Positions 26,106 to 37,540 of a DNA stretch of 64,000 nucleotides are shown one piece after another. The position numbers and the translations under genes are program-made. This DNA is from Callorhinchus milii (Eukaryota). The stretch covers positions 112,904,001 to 112,968,000 of the forward strand of contig NW_024704742.1 in assembly GCF_018977255.1 (NCBI RefSeq), given 5' to 3'. How positions within the stretch are numbered: position 1 is the first letter of the stretch; each line of letters opens with the position of its first letter. The notes beneath the pieces are model-generated. The model was given only the letters and a program-made list of their open reading frames with translations. It had not been told where the DNA came from and searched no databases.

Positions 26106-28892
26106 CAAAAAGCAAGGTTGTATTTTACTTCTGGATTTGGAATTGCAAAATAAACTTGTGCTGTATGACAGTAAATTTTATATTATTTACCTCCAGGGTA
26201 TATTGTTGCTTTTAATGTTTTTTTTTTGAAAAACCAAAGGGAGCGTAGCAATTATACAAGAATATAAGCAGGGAAAAAATGAACACATTTATTTTTCAGC
26301 TGGTATATTGAAGAGCACAAGACAGAAACGTAGGCGTGCAGTATGTTAAAGTAATGTAACCTTAGAATAAATCAGAGAAAGAATATCGTGCAAGTTGCTG
26401 GAAACAAATCAAGAATTGTCTCCTGTGACCGATTACTTCTGACTTCTCAGTTTGGAAGTGCCATGGACTTTGTGCAAGGTCGCCTCAAGGACAAAACTGC
26501 ATAGTCAAAGCATATTCAGATGATGATTCTGGCACCAATTCACAGAAGCGGTTTGCAGCACTACAAGGGTAAGTGGATCAGCTCTTGCTGTCTGAGGCAC
26601 TGTGCCAAACAGACTCTTCTTGTGAAGCACCAGACAAAAGGTTAATAGAGTTGTTGCAGATGATGTGAACTCTTGTTCTAAGACTTATTTTCAGATCCTG
26701 TTTATTCCCCAAAACGTCTCCTGTGTCACAAGATCGCCTTTCGCAATTAAACTAAATTGCAAATGTATATTTATGAGTTGTTTTATTTAAAAATAACAAA
26801 CAAAATGAATACAGGACTTTATTATTCTACATTTGCAACATTTTTTCTCCTCTCAAAATGCTTCGGATGACCTCCCAGGTTGACCAGTGATTTTACATCA
26901 GGTTCTCAGTTGTCACATTCTATCATCTCAGTGTTAAATAGGCCAAACACTGTATTTCACAGATGAACTCTAGCATGCAAAACATAACGGAAAGGTAGTT
27001 GTGATCTATGTTTACAATTGTTGGTGGAGAAGAAATGAGACACATGATAATCTCATGTGGCCAGGAGTCAATAATTGTCACTTGCTGTCGGAGTGGACCT
27101 TCCCTAACTCCAGCACAATAGCTAGCCCCAGAACTGGTTCAAAGTTCCTGACTGCCAACATCTTTGTTCTTATTATCAATAATAATAATACTTACATTTG
27201 GTATAGCACCCCTTTCACATCGGAAAGATGTCTCAAAGCACTTTAGAGAAGTTACTGTAAAGTGTAGTGACTGTGTATTTTGCAGTTCAATGCAGCAGCC
27301 AATCTGACCACAGCAATGTCACACAAAAGTCATGAAGTGAATGACCGATTTTATTCTGTTTTTTGGCCAATATACCAAGAGTTTACACTTATCTAGCGCT
27401 TTTCATGTTAGAATAACGTCTCAAAATAAATGGAGCATGAAAAAATCAAGTAATTGCTGTTTGCCAACAAATACATAGACACTACACTTCATAGTAAAGT
27501 CCTGTAAAGCACTTTGAGACATCTTGATGGCAAGGTAAGGTCCTATATCAAATGCAAGGATTATATTTGTACTTTAATATGGTTCTGGTATCTGTTATTG
27601 GGGTGAGAAATGCAATGTTTCAGAACACATTAGTTAATTATTAAATCTCTAATGAAGCATGCCTTTTTCATACCTAGAATATAACTACTACATTTTGAAA
27701 GTTCAAAATTATCATTTCTACTTTTCCTTTAGTAATCGAGTCCCAGGTCTGATTTTCACCAGAGGCTAAAACCTCCCTGCAGCAATATAAAGTAGATACT
27801 TAAGAGATGTATGTGTAGTAAATTACAGGTATTAAAAGATGGAAACCAAGCCCAATTAAGATACAAAGGGACCAGTTCAGGTTAAATGGAAATTTGCTGC
27901 AGTTCTAACCATTTCTAGCTCTGCTGTCAGGATGGCAGGTGAGTCATCGCTGGTCTAGAAACAATAAGCAGAGTCACAGCAACAAAACGCAAGCTGGTTT
28001 GGTTCATTGTAACACTATTTTTCTACCCTTCAAGGTCCTCTAACCTCTCTTGAAGGCACTGACAACATGCTGGAGTGTTAGCCCACAGGATGCTTCTTAT
28101 CTTGAGGTACCTCAAACAATTAGCTGCCTACAACTGTGAGCCCAGGTGGTAAACACTAATGGGCCGTTCAATTGTGGGAGGCATCGCGGATGAGTTCCCC
28201 ACCCAGGTTGGAGACACTGCAGTGAGCAATGCAGTGCTCTTATTGTCAGGCCGACTAACTCAGCACAGTCATGGGAACAAATCTGGGACTTTCTCGGTCA
28301 ACTATGCTGGACAGCAAATGGGCCGTACAGAGAAAAAAATATTATTTTTAAAATGAATTATTACCTTACAGTCTGGTAGATGATAATTAATTATTTGTGG
28401 TCTAGTTGGGAGCTTTAGGCCAGTGATGACCTTGTATCTAGTCTGCATCTATTCCCTCTGGCAACACACTAGTCATCTGTTGCTTGGCTGTTTGGTGGTA
28501 ACCAATCATTAAGCCAGTTCAGTATGTGTGGGGAGTTCCAATTGGAGTATATCTAATGGTAGATATACTTTTAATTTCCTGACAGTCAAATCAATCCACG
28601 TGTTTTTTTGGCAAACTGAACAGTCTGGAAAGAAGTTGTTTGGAATCTGACCTCCAGTTGTGTGCATATAAGTGTGCATCATTTTTCCTGAGCAGCGCAA
28701 TGGATGAGATAAAACATTTTTTTCGTGGCAGACTCCAATCTAGCAACATGGGGGAATTAAATCTTTGGATTTGTGAAAATTCTATTTACAGGACCTTCGA
28801 ACCTAGAACTGAACCTGTATTCAGAAAGAACAAAAAATTCTCATGCCAACCGTGACTATATATACAATACATGCATTTGATACGGTGATTTT

Positions 28893-29277
28893 ATAACAAT
28901 AATAATAATAATCCTTGCATTTGATATAGTGCCTCATCACATCTTCAAGACATCTCAAAGCGCTTCACAGGATATACTGTAAAGTGGATTGACTGTATAA
29001 TTTTGTGGCCAAAACATGGCAGCAAATTACTCACAGCAATGTCCCACAAACAGTCATGGATTGAGTGACCCAATTTTTTTTTACCAAAGGTTTGAAGGGA
29101 TTATTATCCTCGGAAAAGCGATCCACCAATTGACTAACAGCAGGGGTCCTACTCACTGCTGGGTAAACAGGCGTGTGGAATAAGGAAACTTGCCTAAGAT
29201 TTCGCACTGCCAGGAATCGAACCTGGGTACTTTCACTTGCAAGGCAAGTGCTCTAACTGCTGAGCTACAAGGCTCCA
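28893..29277 (-). mobile_element. Long-form tRNA-Ala SINE, full length
   Basis: Head GGAGCCTTGTAGCTCAGC, central block CCTGTTTACCCAGCAGTGAGTAGGACC, ATT tail. Confidence 0.85.
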
Positions 29278-29356
29278 CAAATGATCATTATGTACCATGT
29301 CAGAGATTTGGAGTGTCTCGTATATTGCAAAGACGTTTTACATATCTGACTTTGTT

Positions 29357-29540
29357 ACAACAACAACAATCAACAAATTACATTTGTATAGCACCTTTCA
29401 CTTTGGGAGGATGTCCCAAGGTGCTGGACAGTCAGGAATTCAGACCAGAGCTCAGGGTTGGGATCAGGAGGGGTGGAGGCCTGGGAGGGTAGAGGTAGGA
29501 GGGTGGCCGAAGGTGGGGTTGAAGAGGATAGTCTTGAGAC
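29357..29540 (-). mobile_element. L2 3' end forming the tail of the ZNF retro-chimera
   Basis: GTCTCAAGACTATCCTCTTCAACC..3' hairpin..TTG tail, homologous to other L2 ends in the window. Confidence 0.85.
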
Positions 29541-30048
29541 ATACCGGGAAGGACGGTGGTGATGGCGGTGATGGGCATCTCTGTTATCATCTTCACCACC
29601 TGGGCGTAGGCATGAGTCTTGAGGTGGGGCTGGAGATAGAAAGCCATGATAAAAGCCTCCCCGCACAGGCCGCACTTGTATGTGTGCGCTGGGCAGGAGG
29701 AGGTTGGAGAAGTGGGTGAAGATCTTGGCACACAGTGGGCAGGCGTAGAGCTGCTCTCCCCTGTGGGCACGCTGGTGCTGCTGCGTGTTGGAGGACTGGG
29801 TGACGGTCTTACCGCACAGTGAGCATCAATACGGCCTCTCACCCATGTGCCGGTGCCGGGAGAGGCTGGAGGAGTTCTTGAAGGTCTTGACGCAGTTGGA
29901 GTAGTGGTAGGGTCTCTCGCCGTGTGCTACCGCACATGGTACTGGAGTGGGGTGACCACTTGAATGTCAGGCCGCACTCCGAGCAGCAGTAAGCCTGCAG
30001 GAAGGTGTGGCCGCGCTCATGGACGGCGAGTAGCGAGAAGCATTTGAT
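29541..30048 (-). pseudogene. ZNF628: Disrupted C2H2 zinc-finger retrocopy fragment, ZNF628-like N-terminal finger cluster
   Basis: Conceptual translation [114 protein letters not shown]/..YKCGLCGEAFIMAFYLQPHLKTH. Finger helices resemble my recollection of ZNF628 (FKWSSHYQYH, FKNSSSLRRH, FTQSTNLRQH, FTHSSNLLLH). Contains stops and frameshifts. Confidence 0.8.
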
Positions 30049-30426
30049 GTCTCAAAGCCCTTCACAAAATTTTTCTGTGAAGTGTTGTGACTGTGTTTGT
30101 GAACAAATGTAGCAGCCAAATTAAGCACACAATGTCCCATAAACAGCTATGAAGTGAATGATCAATTCTATCTGGCGGACTTTTGGCCAGGGCTCTTGGA
30201 GAAACTCCCTTCTCTTTTTGAATAGTGCCATGGGATCTTTATCATCCACTTGTACAGGCAGATGGGCCTTCAGTTCAACATCTCATCCAAATGTCATCAA
30301 CTTAACAATTCAGAATTCCCCCAGCATTGCACTGAAGTATTAGCTAGTCTGTAAGTTGAAAGTCTCAATGCGGGGCATGAACTGACAACCTTCTGACTCA
30401 GAGTGCTACCAACTGAGCCAGGCTGA
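30045..30426 (-). mobile_element. Old SacSINE1-like Deu-SINE lacking its terminal tail, joined to the ZNF fragment
   Basis: TCAGCCTGGCTCAGTTGGTAGCACTCTGAGTCAGAAGG head; AAGATCCCATGGCACTATTCAAAAAGAG; ends at GGCTTTGAGACATC. Confidence 0.82.
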
Positions 30427-30877
30427 TGTGTAATATATTGCATAATATAAACACAGAATTATGGATAATAAGGAATGAGTCAGACAGTGCTAAATTTAAT
30501 TAAGCCGATCGCATAATGTCATATTATGAAAGTGAAGGTATTGTAGACCTTGTTTGAAGGATAAGATTAAATCACAGTACGGTGACTCATTCCCATGCTT
30601 GTTGTGTCTGATCATACAGATAAAACAGGAAGCAGTGCTGATGGCAGGTAAATGTGGAGCTCAAATTATATTGATTGAGAGGAACAAGAGAATACTGGGA
30701 TATTATCACTGCAGAATAACACTGGTACATGATTAATAAGGAAATTACTGGTATTTTGTATATGGGAAGGAAATTGTAGAGCTGCTGAAATTATAACACA
30801 GGTATAAATGGAAATTGACACTTAGGCGTATTGAGTTCTAAATTTAAATGTAACTTATACTTCCAAGAAAACATTTA

Positions 30878-30938
30878 TGTCCTCCCGACGTGAAAGGCGC
30901 TCTATAAATGGAATCTTGTTGTTGTTGTTGTTGTTGTT
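30878..30938 (+). mobile_element. Ultra-short L2 3' terminus
   Basis: TGTCCTCCCGACGTGAAAGGCGCTCTATAAATGGAATCT(TGT)n. Confidence 0.85.
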
Positions 30939-31304
30939 ATGTCTATTACACAAATGAGATTGCAAAGAAAGCTTTACACAAAGTGAAGCTGGATCTGAGC
31001 ATCCTCAAAAATAGTTGAGGTTTATGAGTGAGGTGAACATTGTAAATTGAAATTCCACTAAATTACTAAGTTACATATTTGCACTTGTTCGGACTGGGCT
31101 GTCTCCAGTCTGAACAACGTGTGAAAAATCAAACAGGACTGAAGACTTCTGCGGGCCTCAGGAGGGACATGTCTTTTTTTCTGCAAATTTTCACCTCCCC
31201 TGTAGTACAATTCCACATTTGCTAGGCACTCTGCGATACTACAGGAAGAGGAGAGACTATCCATCCTGAACCTGTGCTACCAGTTAATGAGAGCATGGCA
31301 GATC

Positions 31305-31978
31305 TTTTATAATCCGATTTTTGCTATATAATGACTATGTATTTTGTTGGTGAAAACAGCAGCCAATTTGCACACAGCAATGTCACACAAACATCCATGA
31401 AGTAAATAACCAGTTTCCTTTGGAGGATTGATTGTTGGCCAGAATGCTAGGAGAAACTCACTTTTCTTTTCAAATAGCGCTCTGGGATCTTTAACATCCA
31501 CCTAAACAGGCAGGTGGCATCTAGGTTTAATGTTTCATTCAAAGGACAGCACCTCTGACAATGCATTGGAGTGCCAGTCTGGACTGTGAGTTCAAAATCC
31601 CGATACGGATCTTGAACCTAGAACCTTCTGATTGCTACCATATAATAAAATATAATAATCCTTGCATTTGATATAGTGCTTTTCACATCTTCTCGATGTC
31701 TCAAAACGCTTCACAGAATAGACTGTAAAATGAATTGACCATATATTTATGGGCGAAACGTGGAAGCCAATTGCGCACACCAGTGTCTCACAAACAGTCG
31801 TGGATCAAAAATGACCAATTTATTATTGTTTTATTTTGGAGGGATTATTATTAGGCGTGTGGAGTAAGGAAACTTGTCCAGGGTTTCGCCCTGCCTGGAA
31901 TTGAACTCAGGTCTCTCATTTGCAAGGCGAGTGCTCTAACCACTGAGCTACAGGATTCCATATGAGCTAGGCTGACAC
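31305..31978 (-). mobile_element. Old Deu-SINE interrupted in its head by a tRNA-Ala SINE
   Basis: Deu body 31305-31640; head remnant GAGCTAGGCTGACA at 31964-31977. Confidence 0.72.
31652..31960 (-). mobile_element. tRNA-Ala SINE, short form (GAGAA-loop variant)
   Basis: Full head to tail. Confidence 0.9.
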
Positions 31979-32794
31979 TGAAACAGGCTATGGTCACATT
32001 AGAATTGGATAATGTTTTATCTTATAGAAAATATAGAAAAGTATAGAATGAGTGAACGTGGGTTTGAAAGATCGGCTGTCATTAAATAGAGTTGATCACC
32101 TCCTATTAATTTTTATTTTCTCCAATAGAATGTTTACAAGATGCATGGAAAATATGTAGTAATAATAATAAGAATAATCCTTGCATTTGAAATCGCGTCT
32201 TATCACATCATTCAGATGTCTCAAAGTGCTTCATAGGATATATAATAAATTGAAATGAATTTATTTTTTGGGCAAAACATGGCAGCCATTGAGTAACCAA
32301 AATATTTATTTTTTGAATAAATTTTTACCCCCAGAAACCAATAATAACCTTAAGATTTTTGTGCAAAAGACGCTGCATTCTTCATTTGCAAAGATGAGGA
32401 GGAAGTGGCTATTCCCTTCAAAATGCTTTATTTACATCAGCGATACGGCCAAAACTAGGTCCCCGGTTTCTTCAGGAAGCCCAAAATCTTTCCGGTATAT
32501 ATCATTATGAATCAGGGCAAGTGTATCTTATCAAATATTGTCCAGTCATCACTTCTATGCCAAACTGACAATTGTTTTTGGTAGTGTTAGCTGAAGGATG
32601 TGATACGATTCACTGTTTACATGTAGTCAACTAAAACAGCTGCTGGAGGATATTTGACTAACTGCTGACATTATGTAAAGCTAATTGACACCTTCAGTTG
32701 AAGTCTCATCAAAGTAGATCACGGGCGTATCAAAATATTCATTTCGTAGCTCTGAATACTTATAGATCAATAACTTTTCCAACATTTTGCAGTC

Positions 32795-33132
32795 AACCCT
32801 CCCGCTCCCTCCGCTCAGCCAGCTCCGGCCTACTCCATGTCCTCCGACCCACCCGCCCCACCATTGGTAGGGGAGCCTTCAGCCACTCTGCCCCCAACCT
32901 TTAGAATTTCATCCCCCAATCACTCCGCCTCGCCCCCTCCTTAGGCTCCTTCAAGTCCCACCTCAAAACCCTTCTCTTCGACCATGCCATCAGTCACCCC
33001 TCTTCCCCTCCCCTCCCTTCTCCTCCCTGACCCCAGCTTGGGTCTGAAATGCTGTACGCTGTCCAGCGTCTTGGGACGTCCTCCCAATGTGAAAGGCACT
33101 ATACAAATGTAATCTTGTTGCTGTTGATATTG
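32795..33132 (+). mobile_element. L2 3' fragment
   Basis: PSRSLRSASSGLLHV..TIGRGAFSHSAPNL; close to 4925-5262. Confidence 0.88.
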
Positions 33133-34722
33133 TTCTTACTCCCCCCCAATCACTCCTCTCTTCCAAGTCAGAGTTGCTTGGGATGGAGGTGGTAGGTGAC
33201 AGGAAGCAAGTACAAAACTTGCATTTATATAGTGCCTCTCACGCAGGGTAGCATCCCAGGGCGAATGTAAAAAGGTACAGGTAGTGAGGAAAGGAATTGG
33301 GATCACAATTATTTTATTATCTCTCGAGGATGAACTAGCACCAGGCTAGAGCCTAGGGGTCTATGGCCTCATCTCAATTTGTAATATCTATTTTGCTTTA
33401 GGTCAGTCAGATGGTCGTCACCATGCTTACGAATGCCCGGGTTACGAGAAGCCAAGTGGGAAGAATCCCTGCTCCCAATGATCAGGTCCTGCTGATGAGC
33501 CAGGCTGGCTGCTCTGTCATCAGCAATACCCCGGAGAACTCCTGACCCACCTCATACGGAACCAAACAACCAAGACTGTGCCAGAGGGTTTACACGATTC
33601 TGACATTCTTCTGCCAAGCAAGTCATGTTGGAACCAGCTCAGCTCTAGAGACCCTGTAATTTACATTATTCTCTGCATGTACACAACATCAGAATTTCTT
33701 GCTGAGACAAACAGAATACAGCTCAATCAGAGAATATTACACATCTTGAAACACAATCTTAGATTGATGGCATCATAAATCATGACAAGAAAACTCAAAC
33801 CAATTTGTAGTCACCTGAGTCCCTAAAATCGTATATAATATACCATCCAAGACAGTTTTGTTTTAACAATATATATAATCTTCCATTACAGTGAATTGAT
33901 TTCTTTCTTCCACTTCACAGTAATCTTTTGCTATTTAGGTTTGAATTTGCTACTCACAAAGAGATTGCCTCATATGTGACAGGAAAAGCGGATGAAGTGA
34001 AACAACTATCTCTGTTGCCCACTGGTATTATTCCCAGAACCATTGCTGGACACTCTGAACGGTACATGGTGATCTGAGAAAAACAATACATTTAATATTT
34101 CCATTACCTTTATCATCAATCTCAATAATACCAATTTATTTAGATGAATTCCATGGTTGTCTTCTTTTAATTTTTTTTCTGTTATTTCCACAACAGCAAG
34201 GCACGTTTAATCCACCATAACTGTGAAAGAGAAAGTAGCAATATCAGATATAACAATTACTCATGGTAGTGCATAAGCATACATAGCATTGTATCAGATT
34301 TATTTTAATCCAAAGATTATGAATCCCCCTGTTAGGACCAGGGATAGCTGTAGTTTCATTTCCCAAGGTGCCAATAGATTGTGGCTTTATTACAGTAAGA
34401 CCCCCATCTGAGCTTGCTCTGTTACAACAAAAATTATATTAAGTTTTACTTGTTGGTAGCGGAGGAAATACATAATTCATCATGAGAGTGCATCAGACCA
34501 AATATTTTGAACTCACCACATTACGTAGGATGGTCATTGTTCTTCTATTTAACTATGAAATAACAGCAGGCAGCAGTGAGCATTTTGGGGGGATTGGTTT
34601 CAAGGCGCTTTCTGATGGAAGAGAGAACTAGACTGCTTCCATTATTAATGTTATACCAGTCACTACAAATAATCCAAAATTATCAATCCTCAACAGGTCT
34701 ATTGCAAGTGTCATTGATGCCT

Positions 34723-37540
34723 ATAGGAACATAGGAACATAGGAGCAGGAGTAGGCCATTCGGCCCCTCGAGTCTGTCTTGCCATTCAATAAGATCATGG
34801 CTGATCTTCTAACCTAACTCCATCTGTCCGCCTTATCTCCATAACCTTAAACCTTCTATCCTTTAGAAATCCATCAATCTCAGTCTTGAATATGTTCAAG
34901 GACTGAGTATCTACAGCCTTCTGGGGTAGAGAATTCCATAAATTCACTACCCTCTGAGTGAAGAAGTGTTTCCTCAACTCTGTTCGAAAGGGCTGACCCT
35001 TAATCTTAAGGCTGTGACCCCTAGTTATAGATTCTCCTACCAGGGGAAACAGACTCACACTGTCTACTCTGTCAAGCCCGATAAGTATCTTATATGTTTC
35101 TATAAGATCACCCCTAATTCTTCTATATTCTAGAGAATATAGGCCTAGTTTACTCAACCTATCCTCATAGGTTAAACCCCTCATCCCAGGAACTAACCTA
35201 GTGAATCTACGCTGCACCCCCTCTAAGGCAAGTATGTCCTTTCTTAAATAAGGAGACCCAAACTACATACATATTCTCGGTGCGGTCTCACCAAGGCCCT
35301 ATACAGTTGCAGCAAGACTTCCCTATTCTTGTATTCTAACCCTTTTGCAATAAACGCCAACATGCCATTAGCTTTTCTAGTTGCTTGCTGTACCTACATA
35401 CTAACTTTTTGTGACTGGTGTACAAGGACACCCAAATCCCTCTGAACACTAACACTATCTATCCTCTTCCCCTCTAGAAAGTAATCTGCTTTTCTGTTTT
35501 TACTACCTAGGTGAATAACATCAATCCAAAACCAAAAACAATAATAAATTGGTCATTTTCAATCCATGACTGTTTGTGGGACATTGCTGTGCGCAATTGG
35601 CTGCCGCGTTCGCCCACAAATATACAGTCAATTCACTTTACAGTGTGTTCTGTGAAGCGCTTTGGGACGTCCTCCTGACGTGAAAAGCGCTATATCAAAT
35701 GCAAGGATTATTATTATTATCACACTTCCCCACATTATATTCCTTCTGCCACCTTCTTGCCCATTCACCTACCCTATCTATATCCGTTTGCAATCTTTTT
35801 GTGTCATCCTCAGAGCTTACTCTCTCACCTAGCTTAGCATCATTCGCGAACTTAGATATTTTAAGTTCTATGTCCTTGTCTAGATCATTGATATGGATTG
35901 TAAATAGTTGAGGCCCAAGCACTGATCCTTGTGGCACTTCATTAGTGACATCTTGCCAATCTGAGAAGGACCCATTTATCCCTACTCTCTGTTTTCTTCC
36001 CACTAGCCACTCTTCGATCCATGCTAATATATTGCCTTTAATTCCATGGGCCCTAATCTTGTGTAGCAGCCTTCTGTGTGTCACCTTGTTGAATGCCTTC
36101 TGAAAATCTAAATATACTACATCTACTGGTTCCCCCCTATCTAACCTGCTAGTTACATCCTCAAAAAACTTTAAAAGATTTGTTAAGCATGACTTCCCTT
36201 TTGTAAAGTCATGTTGCCTCTGCCTAATCATGTTATGGTCTTCTAAGTAACCCACTACGACGTCCCTAGTTAAGGATTCTAGAATTTTCCATACCACCGA
36301 TGTCAGACTGACTGGTCTATAGTTCCCCACCTTCTCTCTCCCACCCTTCTTAAATAGTGGTGTTAAATTTGCGATCTTTCAATCAATGGCAACCGTTCCA
36401 GAATCCAGAGAATTTTGGAAGATCAAAAACAAGGCATCCACTATCTCAGCAGCCACCTCTTTTAAAACCCTAGGATGCAGGACATCAGGTCCAGGTGATT
36501 TGTTATTTTTCAATCCCAACCGTTTCCCTACTACTAATTCTTTACTGATGTTAATTTCCCTAAATTGCTCACTAATATTAGCTTCTTGGTTCCCCTCTAT
36601 TTTTGGTACGTTTTCAGTGTCTTCTAACGTGAAGACAGAAGCAAAGTATTTGTTTAATGATTCTGCCATATCTTTATCCCCCATTATAATTCCTCTTGTC
36701 TCTGCCTGTAATGGGCTCACATTCACTTTTGATAGTCTCTTCCCCTTTATGTATTTTTAAAAACTCTTGCAGTCTGTCTTTATTTTCCTAGCTAGTTTGT
36801 CCTCATAATCCATTTTCTCCCTCCTAATCAGTTTCTTAGTTTGTCTTTGTTGATCTCTGAAGCCCTCGCACCCTCGGGTTTACTGCTCTTTTTGGTAGTA
36901 TTATAGGTCTCTTCTTTTAATTTTATACTTTCCCTAACTGCTCCAGTTAGCCATAGTTGAACCACTTTTCCCATAGTATTTTTATTCCTCAAGGAAATAT
37001 GTGATCACTAGGAATTATGTACTATATCTTTAAAGGTTTGTCATTGCTGGTCTACTGTCATATCCTTTAATCTAGTTCCCCAGTCTATTTTAGCTAAATC
37101 CTCTCTTATACCTGGAAATTTGGCTCTATTTAAATTTAAGACCCTTGCTTCGGACTTAACTATATCACTCTCTAACTTAATGCTAAATTCCATCATGTTA
37201 TGGTCACTCTGCCCTAGAGGAGCCTTAACTTCCAAATTGCTGATTAGCCCTGTTTCATTACACAAAACAAGATCTAGGATAGCCTGTTCCCTGGTTAGTT
37301 CCTCAGCAAACTGATCTAGAAATCTATCTCTAATGCATTCTATAAACTCCTCCTCTAACTTACTTTTGCCAATTTGGTTTTCCCAATCTATATGAAGATT
37401 AAAATCACCCACTATTAGTGTATTTCCTTTGCTACATGCTCCACTAATTTTCTGGTTAATACTCTGTGCAATACTGTGACTGCTGTTCGGGGGTTTATAA
37501 ACTATTCCCACTAGTGTTTTCTGCCCCTTGTTATTTCGTA
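34723..37540 (-). mobile_element. CR1 LINE ORF2 (partial EN, RT) and 3'UTR, 5'-truncated and disrupted
   Basis: IVGDFNLHIDW..AILDLVL..LGQSDHN (EN); [49 protein letters not shown] (RT); (TTCCTATG)n terminus. Confidence 0.95.
35526..35717 (+). mobile_element. 5'-truncated young tRNA-Ala SINE inserted in the CR1 RT
   Basis: Splits CR1 KCD|VIHLG; ATCA on both sides. Confidence 0.9.

Noticed and set aside
29432..29842. Functional zinc-finger gene
   Set aside because: In-frame stops, frameshifts, no start context and fusion to repeats on both sides
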